The notes under the pieces were generated by a model. That model was given only the letters and a program-made list of their open reading frames with translations. It had not been told where the DNA came from and searched no databases. A stretch of DNA of 46,937 bases from Candidatus Zambryskiibacteriota bacterium (GTDB lineage Bacteria; Patescibacteriota; Minisyncoccia; Phycocordibacterales; Zambryskibacteraceae), in NCBI GenBank assembly GCA_009691335.1, contig SICR01000003.1:1-46937 (forward strand). Direction: 5' to 3'. The position numbers were made by a program, and so were the translations under genes. Positions 18,929 to 28,173 of the stretch are shown here, in pieces. Position 1 is the first letter of the stretch; every line of letters begins with the position of its first letter.

Positions 18929-18950
18929 GCGTAACACGCTTACCATCTCC
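18918..18950. repeat. Perfect 15-bp inverted repeat over the stop codon
   Basis: GGAGATGGTAAGCGT-AAC-ACGCTTACCATCTCC. Confidence 0.85.
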
Positions 18951-19005
18951 GTGTTATCAAAATATGCATTAAATCAGTTACTTGTGATAGTCTGGTGATA
19001 CATTA

Positions 19006-19093
19006 GGAGGCGTCGCATAGTGGTCTAGTGCGCACGCTTGGAAAGCGTGTAAGGCGCAAGCCTTCCAGAGTTCGAATCTCTGCGCCTCCGCCA
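19006..19093 (+). tRNA. tRNA-Ser(GGA)
   Basis: Anticodon arm CACGC-TTGGAAA-GCGTG, long variable arm, GTTCGAATC, encoded CCA. Confidence 0.96.
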
Positions 19094-19135
19094 AGTTTTA
19101 CATTTAGAGAAATTTATGTTATATTCTCGTTCAAG

Positions 19136-19426
19136 ATGAAAGAGAAGCTTAAAAAGATTTTGGAAGAGAATCGAAGGATTAGGAAAATCGCCGGCGTTAT
19201 TCTCATATTTGTAGGACTTATCGCCCTTTTGACCCCATTTACCCCAGGTTCATGGATAGCCTTAATCGGGCTTGAACTACTGGGAATACGCTTTCTATTC
19301 TGGGAGAGGATAAAGGATTGGTTCAAAAAAACCACCATTATGAACATGGGGTGCTTCCCTTTGCTTTTCAAACGCATACGTGATATAATAAAAAGATGTA
19401 AGGTTCTCGTGGAGAGGATGTTTTAG
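19136..19426 (+). CDS. Small membrane protein (PGPGW-like)
   Basis: TM hairpin LLTPFTPGSWIALIGL; start moved to ATG 19136 so it does not overlap the tRNA. Confidence 0.65.
   Translation: MKEKLKKILEENRRIRKIAGVILIFVGLIALLTPFTPGSWIALIGLELLGIRFLFWERIKDWFKKTTIMNMGCFPLLFKRIRDIIKRCKVLVERMF
19361..19389 (+). promoter_or_regulatory. sigma70 promoter for the RRM gene
   Basis: TTGCTT, 17 bp, TATAAT. Confidence 0.6.
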
Positions 19427-19515
19427 TGAGACGGCATAACATGCTATCTCACGGAGTCGCGAAATGAGAGGGCCCGGCACTTACATGATTTTAATTAATG
19501 CCGGCAGAAAAATAG

Positions 19516-19800
19516 ATGTCTACAAAGTTATACGTTGGTGGCATTCCTTATACAACCACCGAAGCCGCTCTTGGCGAATCATTCTCCAAGGCAGGTTCCG
19601 TCGTTTCTACGGCAATCATAATTGACCGCATGACCGGCAGATCTAAGGGTTTCGGTTTCGTCGAGATGTCAAATGACGAAGAAGCTCAGAAAGCTATTGA
19701 AATGTTCAATGGTCAAGACTACGAAGGAAGGAAGCTTACCGTCAACGTCGCTCGTCCCCTTGAGCCTCGCGCTCCAGGTATGAACCGCCGACCTATGTAA
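19516..19800 (+). CDS. RRM (RNP-1) RNA-binding protein
   Basis: RNP2 KLYVGGI and RNP1 KGFGFVEM. Confidence 0.96.
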   Translation: MSTKLYVGGIPYTTTEAALGESFSKAGSVVSTAIIIDRMTGRSKGFGFVEMSNDEEAQKAIEMFNGQDYEGRKLTVNVARPLEPRAPGMNRRPM

Positions 19801-19900
19801 GACCTACGGTCTTACTTAAGGTCAGCTCGAGTTCTGTGTAAGTAATCTTTCAGATTCTCTCGCTGCCTGAAGTAAATCGGTTAGGATCTACATTAGATCG

Positions 19901-19930
19901 AACAAAAACTCCCGAAAGGGAGTTTTTGTT
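19901..19930 (+). terminator. Intrinsic, probably bidirectional terminator
   Basis: AACAAAAACTCCC-GAAA-GGGAGTTTTTGTT. Confidence 0.9.
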
Positions 19931-19942
19931 ATACTTATTTCA

Positions 19943-20425
19943 ATGGAATCTTTGAAAAATACTTTCTTTTTCATAATTGGGATCACAATTATCGCCTGGT
20001 CGGTCTATATGTTCTTACAAGGACCTGCTCCCGCACATTACCAAAAGGTGTCAACGTCACAGGTTGACACCTTAAGGATTGATGATTCAACCATCACAGT
20101 CGAGATAGCAGATACGGATGAAGAAAGGAGTATTGGACTTTCTGGACGGGAAACGCTTCCGAGCGGTCAAGGGTTACTTTTTATTTTTGATGAAACTGGG
20201 CTTTATGGTTTTTGGATGTACGATATGAATTACCCTATAGACATTGTATGGATCAATTCTGACTGGACCGTGGCTGGAGTACAAAGTGGGATAGACCCTG
20301 ATACTTATCCGAAACTTTTCTACCCGCCAAGTCCTATAAAATATGTGTTGGAAATCAATTCTGGAGATGCGTCAAGACTAGGCATTGACACAGGCTCTCG
20401 TCTGTATCTTGGCACTGGAAATTAG
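19943..20425 (+). CDS. DUF192-domain protein
   Basis: VEIADT...GLS.R, GLLFIF, FWMYDM.YPIDIVW, YVLEI. Confidence 0.9.
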   Translation: MESLKNTFFFIIGITIIAWSVYMFLQGPAPAHYQKVSTSQVDTLRIDDSTITVEIADTDEERSIGLSGRETLPSGQGLLFIFDETGLYGFWMYDMNYPIDIVWINSDWTVAGVQSGIDPDTYPKLFYPPSPIKYVLEINSGDASRLGIDTGSRLYLGTGN

Positions 20426-20501
20426 CTGTTATCCACTATTTTTAGTACTCATTCTTTTGTAAAATCTACAGAACGATTTAGACATGTTCCAACCATCACT
20501 T

Positions 20502-23171
20502 ATGTCACTACAGATAACCCACCGCGATGGTACCAAAGAGCCTTTCAACGCCGACAAAATCAACCGCTCCATAGAACGTGCCGCTCAAGGACTTCTGGAC
20601 CCTATCTCAAAAGTAATTCAAGTCGCCACCGAGACTCGCCTCACTCTATACGACGGCATCTCTACTGAAGAGATGGATCAGGCCACCATCAATGCGGCTA
20701 TTCAAAACGTCCAACAAGATCCAGAGTATGACAAGATCGCAACGAGGCTTCTTCTGAAGACTATTTATAAAAAAGTTGTAGGAGACTACGATGAAGACGA
20801 TGCCAACGACTTGGCGCTTAAGCATAAGGAATATTTTCCAACCCATATTGAAGAGGGCACGAAGAATAACAAGTTTGATAAGCGGATGTTAGAGGTTTTC
20901 AATCTAAGAGAACTCGCGGAAACTCTAGATCTCTCGCGTGATGAACTCTTCCTATATGCGGGACTCTCGGGACTTCTTAATCGCTATTCAATCAAGAACG
21001 CCAAACAAGAACCTACTGAGACTCCTCAATATTTCTTCATGCGTGTGGCTATGGGACTTTCTTATAACGAAGAGAATCCGACAGAATGGGCCAAGAAGTT
21101 CTATCACAAGATGTCGCGAATGGACTTCATTGCTGGAGGATCATGCAACCTTGGTGCTGGCACGACCAGACCGGCGCTCTCCAACTGCTTTCTCCTCCAA
21201 GTAGAAGATGACATGGAGCATATTGCCAAATCCGTCTCTGACGTGATGCTTCTTTCAAAAATGAGTGGAGGATTAGGCGTTTCTCTCACCAAGCTACGCG
21301 CCTCCGGTTCTCCTCTTGTCGCCGCCGGAGGGGGTGCTTCTACCGGCCCCACACCTTTTGCCAAGATAATGGATACGGCCATTAGAGCCATCCAACGTGG
21401 TGGCAAGAAGAAGGGTGCACTGGCCTTCTATATGGAGAACTGGCACATGGACTTCACTGAATTTATTGACTGGAAGCACAATGCCGGTGATGACTATGCT
21501 CGTATGCGCACTGCCAACACCGCTGTCTATATATCGGATGAGTTCATGAAGCGTGTTAGCGCTGATGAAGAATGGTACTTATTTGATCCGAAAGAAACAT
21601 CGGATTTAGTAGAGCTCTACGGTAGTGCCTTTTCTAAACGCTACACGGAATACGTTACGATGGCCAAGGAAGGCAAGATGAGGATGTACAAAAAGCTTCA
21701 GGCAAAAGAACTTCTGAGAAAAATTATCGTATCTCTTCAGACCACATCACATCCATGGCTTGTTTGGAAAGATTCCATCAACCTGCGAGCGCTCAACAAT
21801 AACACTGGCACGATACACATGAGTAATCTCTGTACTGAAATCTGCTTGCCCCAAGATAGAGAAAATATTGCTGTCTGCAACCTCGCCTCCGTAAATCTTG
21901 CCCAACATGTCAACAACAGAGAAGTTAATTGGCAGAAATTGGAGGAGACCGTCCGTATGACAGTACGGTTCCTAGACAACTTAGTAGACACAAATCTTTT
22001 GACCTTACCGGAAGCTCGTCGGTCAGATTCCGAGAATCGCGCAGTTGGTCTTGGTGTCATGGGCGTGGCTGATGTTTTTGAGAAGCTCGGCCTACCGTAC
22101 GACAGTATCCACGCTTACAATTTCGCTGATCGTATTTTTGAATTTATCTCATATATGGCTATTGATGAGAGCGCCAACTTGGCCACTCTTCGCGGAGTTT
22201 ACAAGAATTTCCCAGGTTCTGGTTGGTCTAAAGGTATGGTGCCGATAGATTCGTTAAGAGTCCTTGAGAACGATCGTGGTATGGAACTCAAGCTTGATAA
22301 AACAAGTCACCATCGCGGACTTGATTGGGATATTTTACGAGGCAAGGTGGCAAATGGCATCAGGAACGCCACTCTCATGGCTGTCGCTCCGAATGCAAAT
22401 ATTGGACTTTTGGCCGGCACAGTGCCCGGCATGGATGCCCGTTTCTCACAGGTTTTCTCAAGAAACAAGACTTCCGGCAAATACTTGGACATCAACCATA
22501 ACCTAGTGCGTGATCTCAAAAATCTTGATATCTGGGATGAAGTCAAGGAAAAGATTATAGAAAACAGAGGCGATATAGGCGATATCGAGATCATCCCTCA
22601 GCATATCCGGGAAGTTTATAAAACTTCTTTCACTAATTCCCCTTATGCTTATATCGAAGTGGCGGCTCGCGCCCAGAAGTGGTTCGATCAGGCAATCTCG
22701 AGAAATATTTATCTGGAAACTAGGAATGTAGATGAGACTATGGCGCTTTATTCAACTGCTTGGGAGAAAGGTCTCAAATCTACCTATTACTTGCACATGA
22801 AGCCGAGACACAATGCCGAGCAATCAACCACGCATGTCAACAAGGCCGAGATAATAGGCAAGAGGGGATTCGCGGTACTGAACGACAAGAAGATTTCTGG
22901 GGGTTTCCAAAACTTGGTTTCTGCTCTGCCGGCAGAAGCACCAGAACCGACAATAGTTCCACCAATAATACCAGCTTCGTTACCTGTTATGATTGACCCT
23001 ATTGAATCGGAGGAAAAAGAAATTGTGATAGAGAAGACAGAACCATCTAGAGTTATGGCTTTTGCTCAAATACCACAACAAGAAGCATCAAATGTTGAGG
23101 TAGAAATACCTAAGTATAATATTCATGTTTCTGACCCAGGGGAAGAGAACCTTTGTGACAGTTGCCAATGA
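20502..23171 (+). CDS. nrdA: Ribonucleoside-diphosphate reductase alpha subunit with ATP cone
   Basis: N-terminal ATP cone (HRDG.KEPF..DKI), SNCF, SNLCTEI, VCNLAS, TYY, terminal CDSC; an alternative start at 20484. Confidence 0.97.
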   Translation: MSLQITHRDGTKEPFNADKINRSIERAAQGLLDPISKVIQVATETRLTLYDGISTEEMDQATINAAIQNVQQDPEYDKIATRLLLKTIYKKVVGDYDEDDANDLALKHKEYFPTHIEEGTKNNKFDKRMLEVFNLRELAETLDLSRDELFLYAGLSGLLNRYSIKNAKQEPTETPQYFFMRVAMGLSYNEENPTEWAKKFYHKMSRMDFIAGGSCNLGAGTTRPALSNCFLLQVEDDMEHIAKSVSDVMLLSKMSGGLGVSLTKLRASGSPLVAAGGGASTGPTPFAKIMDTAIRAIQRGGKKKGALAFYMENWHMDFTEFIDWKHNAGDDYARMRTANTAVYISDEFMKRVSADEEWYLFDPKETSDLVELYGSAFSKRYTEYVTMAKEGKMRMYKKLQAKELLRKIIVSLQTTSHPWLVWKDSINLRALNNNTGTIHMSNLCTEICLPQDRENIAVCNLASVNLAQHVNNREVNWQKLEETVRMTVRFLDNLVDTNLLTLPEARRSDSENRAVGLGVMGVADVFEKLGLPYDSIHAYNFADRIFEFISYMAIDESANLATLRGVYKNFPGSGWSKGMVPIDSLRVLENDRGMELKLDKTSHHRGLDWDILRGKVANGIRNATLMAVAPNANIGLLAGTVPGMDARFSQVFSRNKTSGKYLDINHNLVRDLKNLDIWDEVKEKIIENRGDIGDIEIIPQHIREVYKTSFTNSPYAYIEVAARAQKWFDQAISRNIYLETRNVDETMALYSTAWEKGLKSTYYLHMKPRHNAEQSTTHVNKAEIIGKRGFAVLNDKKISGGFQNLVSALPAEAPEPTIVPPIIPASLPVMIDPIESEEKEIVIEKTEPSRVMAFAQIPQQEASNVEVEIPKYNIHVSDPGEENLCDSCQ

Positions 23172-23198
23172 TTTAGTAAATAGTAAACAGAAAATACC

Positions 23199-24227
23199 AT
23201 GCTCATAGGAAAAACTTCCCCAGACGATACGAACCTTCACCCCATTCGCTATCAATGGGCTTATGACTTATATAACCAAGCCGTAAGAAACACATGGTTC
23301 CCTCATGAAATAGCGCTCAAAGAAGACATTCAAGACTGGGAGAAGATGACGGACGACGAACAGCATGCGGTCAAGTTCTTGATGGCATTCTTCAACCCGG
23401 CGGAGCTTATCGTCAACCGCTCCATCGCTCTCGGTATTTATCCTTATCTCAAATCTCCAGAGTGCCATCTTTATCTAGCTAAACAAATGTGGGAGGAGGC
23501 CAACCACTGCGTAGCTTTCGAATACGTCTTGGAAACTTTCCCATTCTTTGAAAGAGACAAAATATTTAACATCCATCTCAATGTACCTTCTATGCAGGCC
23601 AAGGAAAACTATATCAACAGATATATGAAGAGGATGACCGATCAATCCATCAACATTGAAACTGGGGAAGGCAAGAAGGATTTCATCAGGAACTTGGTGG
23701 CGACCAACATCGTCATGGAGGGCGTCTGGTTTTATTCTGGATTTATGGTTGCACTCTCCTTCCGCCAGAGAAATATTCTCAGGAATTTCGGCTCAATGAT
23801 TAACTGGGTTATCAGAGACGAATCCCTTCACCTGAAGTTCGGCATAAACCTAGTGCATACGGTACTAGAGGAGAATCAAGAACTTCTGACGGAAGAATTT
23901 GCCAATGAAATAAAAAATCTCATCATTGAAGGAGTGGACCTTGAAACCACTTACAATAAAGACTTGTTCCCGAACGGTATTCTTGGCCTAAACGCCGAGT
24001 ATGTAAACCAATATGTACAGTATGTCACTGACAGGAGATTGGAAGAGCTTGGCCTGCCAAAACACTATGGAGTGACCAACCCGGCCAAGTGGATGGGTAC
24101 AGCTACTGATGTTTATGAATTGGTAAATTTCTTCGAAGCCCAGAACACGAGCTATGAGGTAGATGTACACTCTCACGCTGATGATTCCAAGAAGATAAGT
24201 CAGGACATGTTACAATTTAAAGCCTAA
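23199..24227 (+). CDS. nrdB: Ribonucleotide reductase beta subunit with class Ic (R2c) signature
   Basis: W33, E69, EEANH, EGVWFYSGF, RDESLH, NFFE...Y; Phe107 at the radical-Tyr position. Confidence 0.95.
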   Translation: MLIGKTSPDDTNLHPIRYQWAYDLYNQAVRNTWFPHEIALKEDIQDWEKMTDDEQHAVKFLMAFFNPAELIVNRSIALGIYPYLKSPECHLYLAKQMWEEANHCVAFEYVLETFPFFERDKIFNIHLNVPSMQAKENYINRYMKRMTDQSINIETGEGKKDFIRNLVATNIVMEGVWFYSGFMVALSFRQRNILRNFGSMINWVIRDESLHLKFGINLVHTVLEENQELLTEEFANEIKNLIIEGVDLETTYNKDLFPNGILGLNAEYVNQYVQYVTDRRLEELGLPKHYGVTNPAKWMGTATDVYELVNFFEAQNTSYEVDVHSHADDSKKISQDMLQFKA

Positions 24228-25222
24228 TGGAGAAAAAAGTTAGAGTTGCGATAAATGGTGTGGGCAGAATCGGTAGGGCGTTTTACAAATTGGCCGCAGT
24301 AAGACCTGAACTTGAGGTTGTGGCGGTAAATGATCTTGGTGATAAAGAAAATATCGAATACCTTCTAAAATACGATAGTGTTTATGGTCAGTGGAATGGA
24401 GAGCTCAAAGCAGAGTTTATGCAAGAGAGAGATCCAGCGAAACTGCCTTGGAAAGATTTAAATATAGATGTGGTGGTAGAATCAACAGGCTTATTCGCAA
24501 GTTATGCGGGGGCCAAAGCTCATCTAGATGCCGGGGCCAAGAGGGTAGTGGTCACCGCTCCGATGAAGGATGAACCTATGGCCGGAGTAGAGGGCGCCAC
24601 GGTGCTCATGGGAGTAAATGAAGAGAAATTGAACACATGCATTATCACTTCAAACGCTTCTTGCACCACCAATGCAGGCTCACCTATTATTGCCATCCTT
24701 GATGAAGCATTGGGGATAGAGAAGGCTGTGCTCAATACTACTCATGGATACACTGCTAGTCAGTCTCTCGTCGATGGACCATCCAAAAAGGGATTTAGAG
24801 AGGGAAGAGCGGCGGCACAAAACATCATCCCATCCTCAACAGGGGCGGCCATCGCCGTGACCAAGGCCTTTACGAAACTCACAGGATTATTTGATGGTAT
24901 TTCTGTCCGCGTGCCGGTAGTAGCCGGGTCATTGGTGGATATTACTTTTATTTCCAAGCGACCAACTACCACCGAGGAGGTCAACAATATTTTGAAACAA
25001 GCCGCGACTCAAGCACGATGGCTTGGCATATTTACAGCCACGGAGGAAGAATTGGTTTCAACTGACATTTTGGGTAGCCCATACGGTTCTATCGCTGATT
25101 TAAACTTCACCCGAGTAGTTGGAGGCAACCTCGTCAAAGTGCTTGCGTGGTATGACAATGAGATGGGGTACGCATATACCTTGGTTGACCATGTTGTCAA
25201 ATTGGGCAACCAAATAAAATGA
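24227..25222 (+). CDS. gap: Glyceraldehyde-3-phosphate dehydrogenase, type I
   Basis: INGVGRIGR, SNASCTTN, RVPV, WYDNE. Confidence 0.97.
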   Translation: MEKKVRVAINGVGRIGRAFYKLAAVRPELEVVAVNDLGDKENIEYLLKYDSVYGQWNGELKAEFMQERDPAKLPWKDLNIDVVVESTGLFASYAGAKAHLDAGAKRVVVTAPMKDEPMAGVEGATVLMGVNEEKLNTCIITSNASCTTNAGSPIIAILDEALGIEKAVLNTTHGYTASQSLVDGPSKKGFREGRAAAQNIIPSSTGAAIAVTKAFTKLTGLFDGISVRVPVVAGSLVDITFISKRPTTTEEVNNILKQAATQARWLGIFTATEEELVSTDILGSPYGSIADLNFTRVVGGNLVKVLAWYDNEMGYAYTLVDHVVKLGNQIK

Positions 25223-25223
25223 T

Positions 25224-25664
25224 ATGAGGATCTTCATTGGTTCCGATCACGCAGGATTTGAGGCAAAGGAAAGGATTATTGCTTATCTCAAGACTTTGAG
25301 TCATGAGGTGACGGACTGCGGAGCATACGAGTTCAACTTGGACGATGATTATCCTGATTTTATAAAGCCTGTGGCCGTAGCGATTATGAACGATAAGGAT
25401 GCTAGGGGAATTATTATTGGCAAATCAGGCCAAGGAGAAGCGATGTGTGCCAATAGATTCAAGGGGGTGAGAGCCGCCGTCTGGTACGGAGGCGGGCACG
25501 AGCCACTCCATCTCTCGCGCGAGCACAATGACGCCAATGTCCTTTCTATCGGTGCCGGAATAGTCCCAGAAACAGAGATGCTGACAGGAGTAGAAGTGTG
25601 GATTAATACAAAGTTCCCCGGTGAAGAACGCCATCTTAGGCGTATTGCCAAATTGGACATATAA
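25224..25664 (+). CDS. rpiB: Ribose-5-phosphate isomerase B
   Basis: GSDHAG, DYPD, SGQG, REHNDAN, RH.RR. Confidence 0.95.
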   Translation: MRIFIGSDHAGFEAKERIIAYLKTLSHEVTDCGAYEFNLDDDYPDFIKPVAVAIMNDKDARGIIIGKSGQGEAMCANRFKGVRAAVWYGGGHEPLHLSREHNDANVLSIGAGIVPETEMLTGVEVWINTKFPGEERHLRRIAKLDI

Positions 25665-25773
25665 GACAGGAAACTGACTCAGCTACATTATAATTATGCT
25701 ATAGCTTTATTATAATGTATTTATGCAAAGTTGTTTACACCTTAATAAAATAGTCTGCTAGAATGATTCACAT

Positions 25774-26331
25774 ATGCATGAAATTATTCCAGCCATTCTG
25801 CCGAAAGATGCAGATGACCTAAGAGAGCAGCTATCCACATTGCCCTCTGAAATTATCTTTTTCCATATGGATGTTTTGGAAGATGATATCTGGATAAAAA
25901 ATAATCGTGATTTTGAAGTCCATCTCATGGTAGAGGAACCTTATAAAATTATGGACCGTTGGATAGAGAGGGGGGCAAAAAGACTCTCTGTACATACTGC
26001 CGGAGTATCCCTGGCACAATACAGAGATAGGGCTGAGATTGGTCTTGCGATAGAACTTGATAAATCCCTTGACGAAGTTCTGCCATTCCTCGATTTCGTA
26101 GACTTCGTGCATGTCATGAGTATTGACGAGATAGGAGAACAAGGACACAAGCTCGACGAGAAAGTATTTGATAGAATTAGATTACTCCAAGAGAAATACC
26201 CAGATCTACCTATAGCGGTCGATGGAGGAGTAACTCCCAGTAATTATGAAAAGCTTTTAGAATTAGGAGCTGACCGCTTGATAGTCGGTTCACACTTTAA
26301 ACAATTATGGACCTTGCTGAAGACAAAATAG
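25774..26331 (+). CDS. rpe: Ribulose-phosphate 3-epimerase (compact)
   Basis: IIPAIL, HMD, EVHLMV, VDGG, VGS. Confidence 0.9.
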   Translation: MHEIIPAILPKDADDLREQLSTLPSEIIFFHMDVLEDDIWIKNNRDFEVHLMVEEPYKIMDRWIERGAKRLSVHTAGVSLAQYRDRAEIGLAIELDKSLDEVLPFLDFVDFVHVMSIDEIGEQGHKLDEKVFDRIRLLQEKYPDLPIAVDGGVTPSNYEKLLELGADRLIVGSHFKQLWTLLKTK

Positions 26332-27173
26332 AAGAACTCAAAGAGAAAGCGAATCAAATCAGAATCTCTATCATCGAGATGCTGGTAGAAGCAGGCTCTG
26401 GACATACTGCCGGACCTCTTGATATGGCGGATATCTTTACGGTTCTATTTTTCCACACGATGCACCACAAGCCGAAGCGACCTGATTGGCCGGAGCGAGA
26501 CAGGTTTGTACTCTCTAATGGCCATATTTGTCCGCTTCTATACGCTACCATGGCTCATTCGGGATACTTCCCAATAAGTGAGCTCAAGACTTTGCGTAAG
26601 TTTGGCACCCGCCTACAAGGCCACCCACACAGAGACTTCTTGCCAATGCTTGAGACTAGTTCCGGACCACTTGGCTCTGGCCTTTCGCAAGCTGTGGGCA
26701 TGGCTCTCTCTGACAAGATAGACCATGGCCTGACAAGTTCTCGTAGAATATATGTCATGCTTTCTGATGGAGAAAATGAATGCGGGCAGACTTGGGAAGC
26801 GGCCATGCTGGGAGGGAAAGAGAAGCTTCACAACCTTACCGCCGTAGTGGATAGGAATAATATCCAAATAGATGGTTACACTGAAGATGTCATGCCACTA
26901 GAATCCTTGTCGGAGAAATGGAAGGCGTGGAATTGGCATGTCATAGAAGTAGATGGGCACAATATGGAAGAAATTGCTGACGCATTTGAAGCCGCCAAGG
27001 GAATATTTGGTAAGCCGACAGTTATCATCGCTCATACTATTGCTGGTAAGGGGGTGAAGGAGTTTGAGCGAGATTACCGCTGGCATGGCAAGCCACCGAA
27101 TAGAGAGGAGGCCAATATGGCTCTTAAGGAATTACGCACCTTAGGAGGTAAGATAAGAAGCGAGCATGAATAG
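26307..27173 (+). CDS. Transketolase, N-terminal (TPP-binding) subunit
   Basis: DRFVLSNGH, LQGHP, GPLGSGLS, SDGE..GQ.WEA, DRNNIQIDG. Confidence 0.95.
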   Translation: MDLAEDKIEELKEKANQIRISIIEMLVEAGSGHTAGPLDMADIFTVLFFHTMHHKPKRPDWPERDRFVLSNGHICPLLYATMAHSGYFPISELKTLRKFGTRLQGHPHRDFLPMLETSSGPLGSGLSQAVGMALSDKIDHGLTSSRRIYVMLSDGENECGQTWEAAMLGGKEKLHNLTAVVDRNNIQIDGYTEDVMPLESLSEKWKAWNWHVIEVDGHNMEEIADAFEAAKGIFGKPTVIIAHTIAGKGVKEFERDYRWHGKPPNREEANMALKELRTLGGKIRSEHE

Positions 27174-27186
27174 TTCGATATAAGCA

Positions 27187-28173
27187 ATGCTTAACCCAGA
27201 ATTAAAACTCAATAGCAAAATGTTCGACGAGAAAATCGAGCAAGTCCCTATTCGCCAAGGATTCGGGGAAGGACTTTTGGCGGCAGGAGAAAAGAATCTA
27301 AAAGTAGTTGGCTTGTGCGCTGACCTGACCGAGTCTACCAAGATGAATCTTTTCGCGGAGAAATTCCCGAACAGATTTATTGAATTGGGTGTGGCTGAAC
27401 AGAACCTCGCTTCCGTTGCTTCAGGATTAGCAGCCATGGGAAAAATTCCATTTATAAGTTCATACGCCATGTTCTCTCCTGGTAGAAATTGGGAACAGAT
27501 CCGTACTACAATTTGCTATAACGACAGGCCTGTGAAGATTGCCGGCTCTCATGCCGGGATCTCTGTCGGTCCGGATGGCGGGACACACCAAGCTGTTGAG
27601 GATATTGCTATCACTCGCGTTTTGCCACGTATGATTGTCATTTCTCCTTGTGATTCAGTGGAGGCCAAGAAGGCTACCGAGGATTCGGTAGATACCGACA
27701 CACCTGTTTATATACGTCTGGCTCGAGAGAAAACTCCAGTGATGACCACTCTTAAGACTCCATTTAAAATCGGCAAAGCACAAATATTTTGGGAAGGGAA
27801 GAAGTCTAAGGTTGGAATTATCGCTACTGGCGCACTTTTGTATAAAGCCTTGCTTGCTGCTAAAGAATTAGAGAAAGAAAAAATTTCTGTGACTGTAATG
27901 AATCTCTCTACCATCAAGCCATTGGATGAAAAAGCTCTAGTGGAGTTAGCAAAAAAAGTCAAAGGAATTGTGACTGTCGAAGAACATCAAATAAGAGGAG
28001 GAATGGGTTCAGCTGTGGCGGAGTGTCTGGCTAAAAATTACCCAGTACCGATAGAGTTTATTGGAGTAGATGACCAGTTCGGTCAGTCCGGCACCCAAGA
28101 AGAGCTTATGAGATACTATGGTATGGATGATAAAAGTATAGTAGAAGCGGTAAGGAAAATTTTGAAACGCTAG
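27187..28173 (+). CDS. Transketolase, C-terminal subunit
   Basis: GVAEQN, GPDGGTHQ, YIRLAR, TVEEH...GG.GS. Confidence 0.95.
   Translation: MLNPELKLNSKMFDEKIEQVPIRQGFGEGLLAAGEKNLKVVGLCADLTESTKMNLFAEKFPNRFIELGVAEQNLASVASGLAAMGKIPFISSYAMFSPGRNWEQIRTTICYNDRPVKIAGSHAGISVGPDGGTHQAVEDIAITRVLPRMIVISPCDSVEAKKATEDSVDTDTPVYIRLAREKTPVMTTLKTPFKIGKAQIFWEGKKSKVGIIATGALLYKALLAAKELEKEKISVTVMNLSTIKPLDEKALVELAKKVKGIVTVEEHQIRGGMGSAVAECLAKNYPVPIEFIGVDDQFGQSGTQEELMRYYGMDDKSIVEAVRKILKR

Noticed and set aside
19028-19135. Longer start for the 19136 ORF
   Set aside because: It overlaps tRNA-Ser.
20433-20462. NrdR boxes upstream of nrdA
   Set aside because: CCACTATTTTTAGTAC is only a loose match, and no convincing second box at the usual spacing was seen.
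25704-25731. Chromosomal dif site between rpiB and rpe
   Set aside because: The arms fit only with a 5-bp spacer and the XerD arm match is weak.
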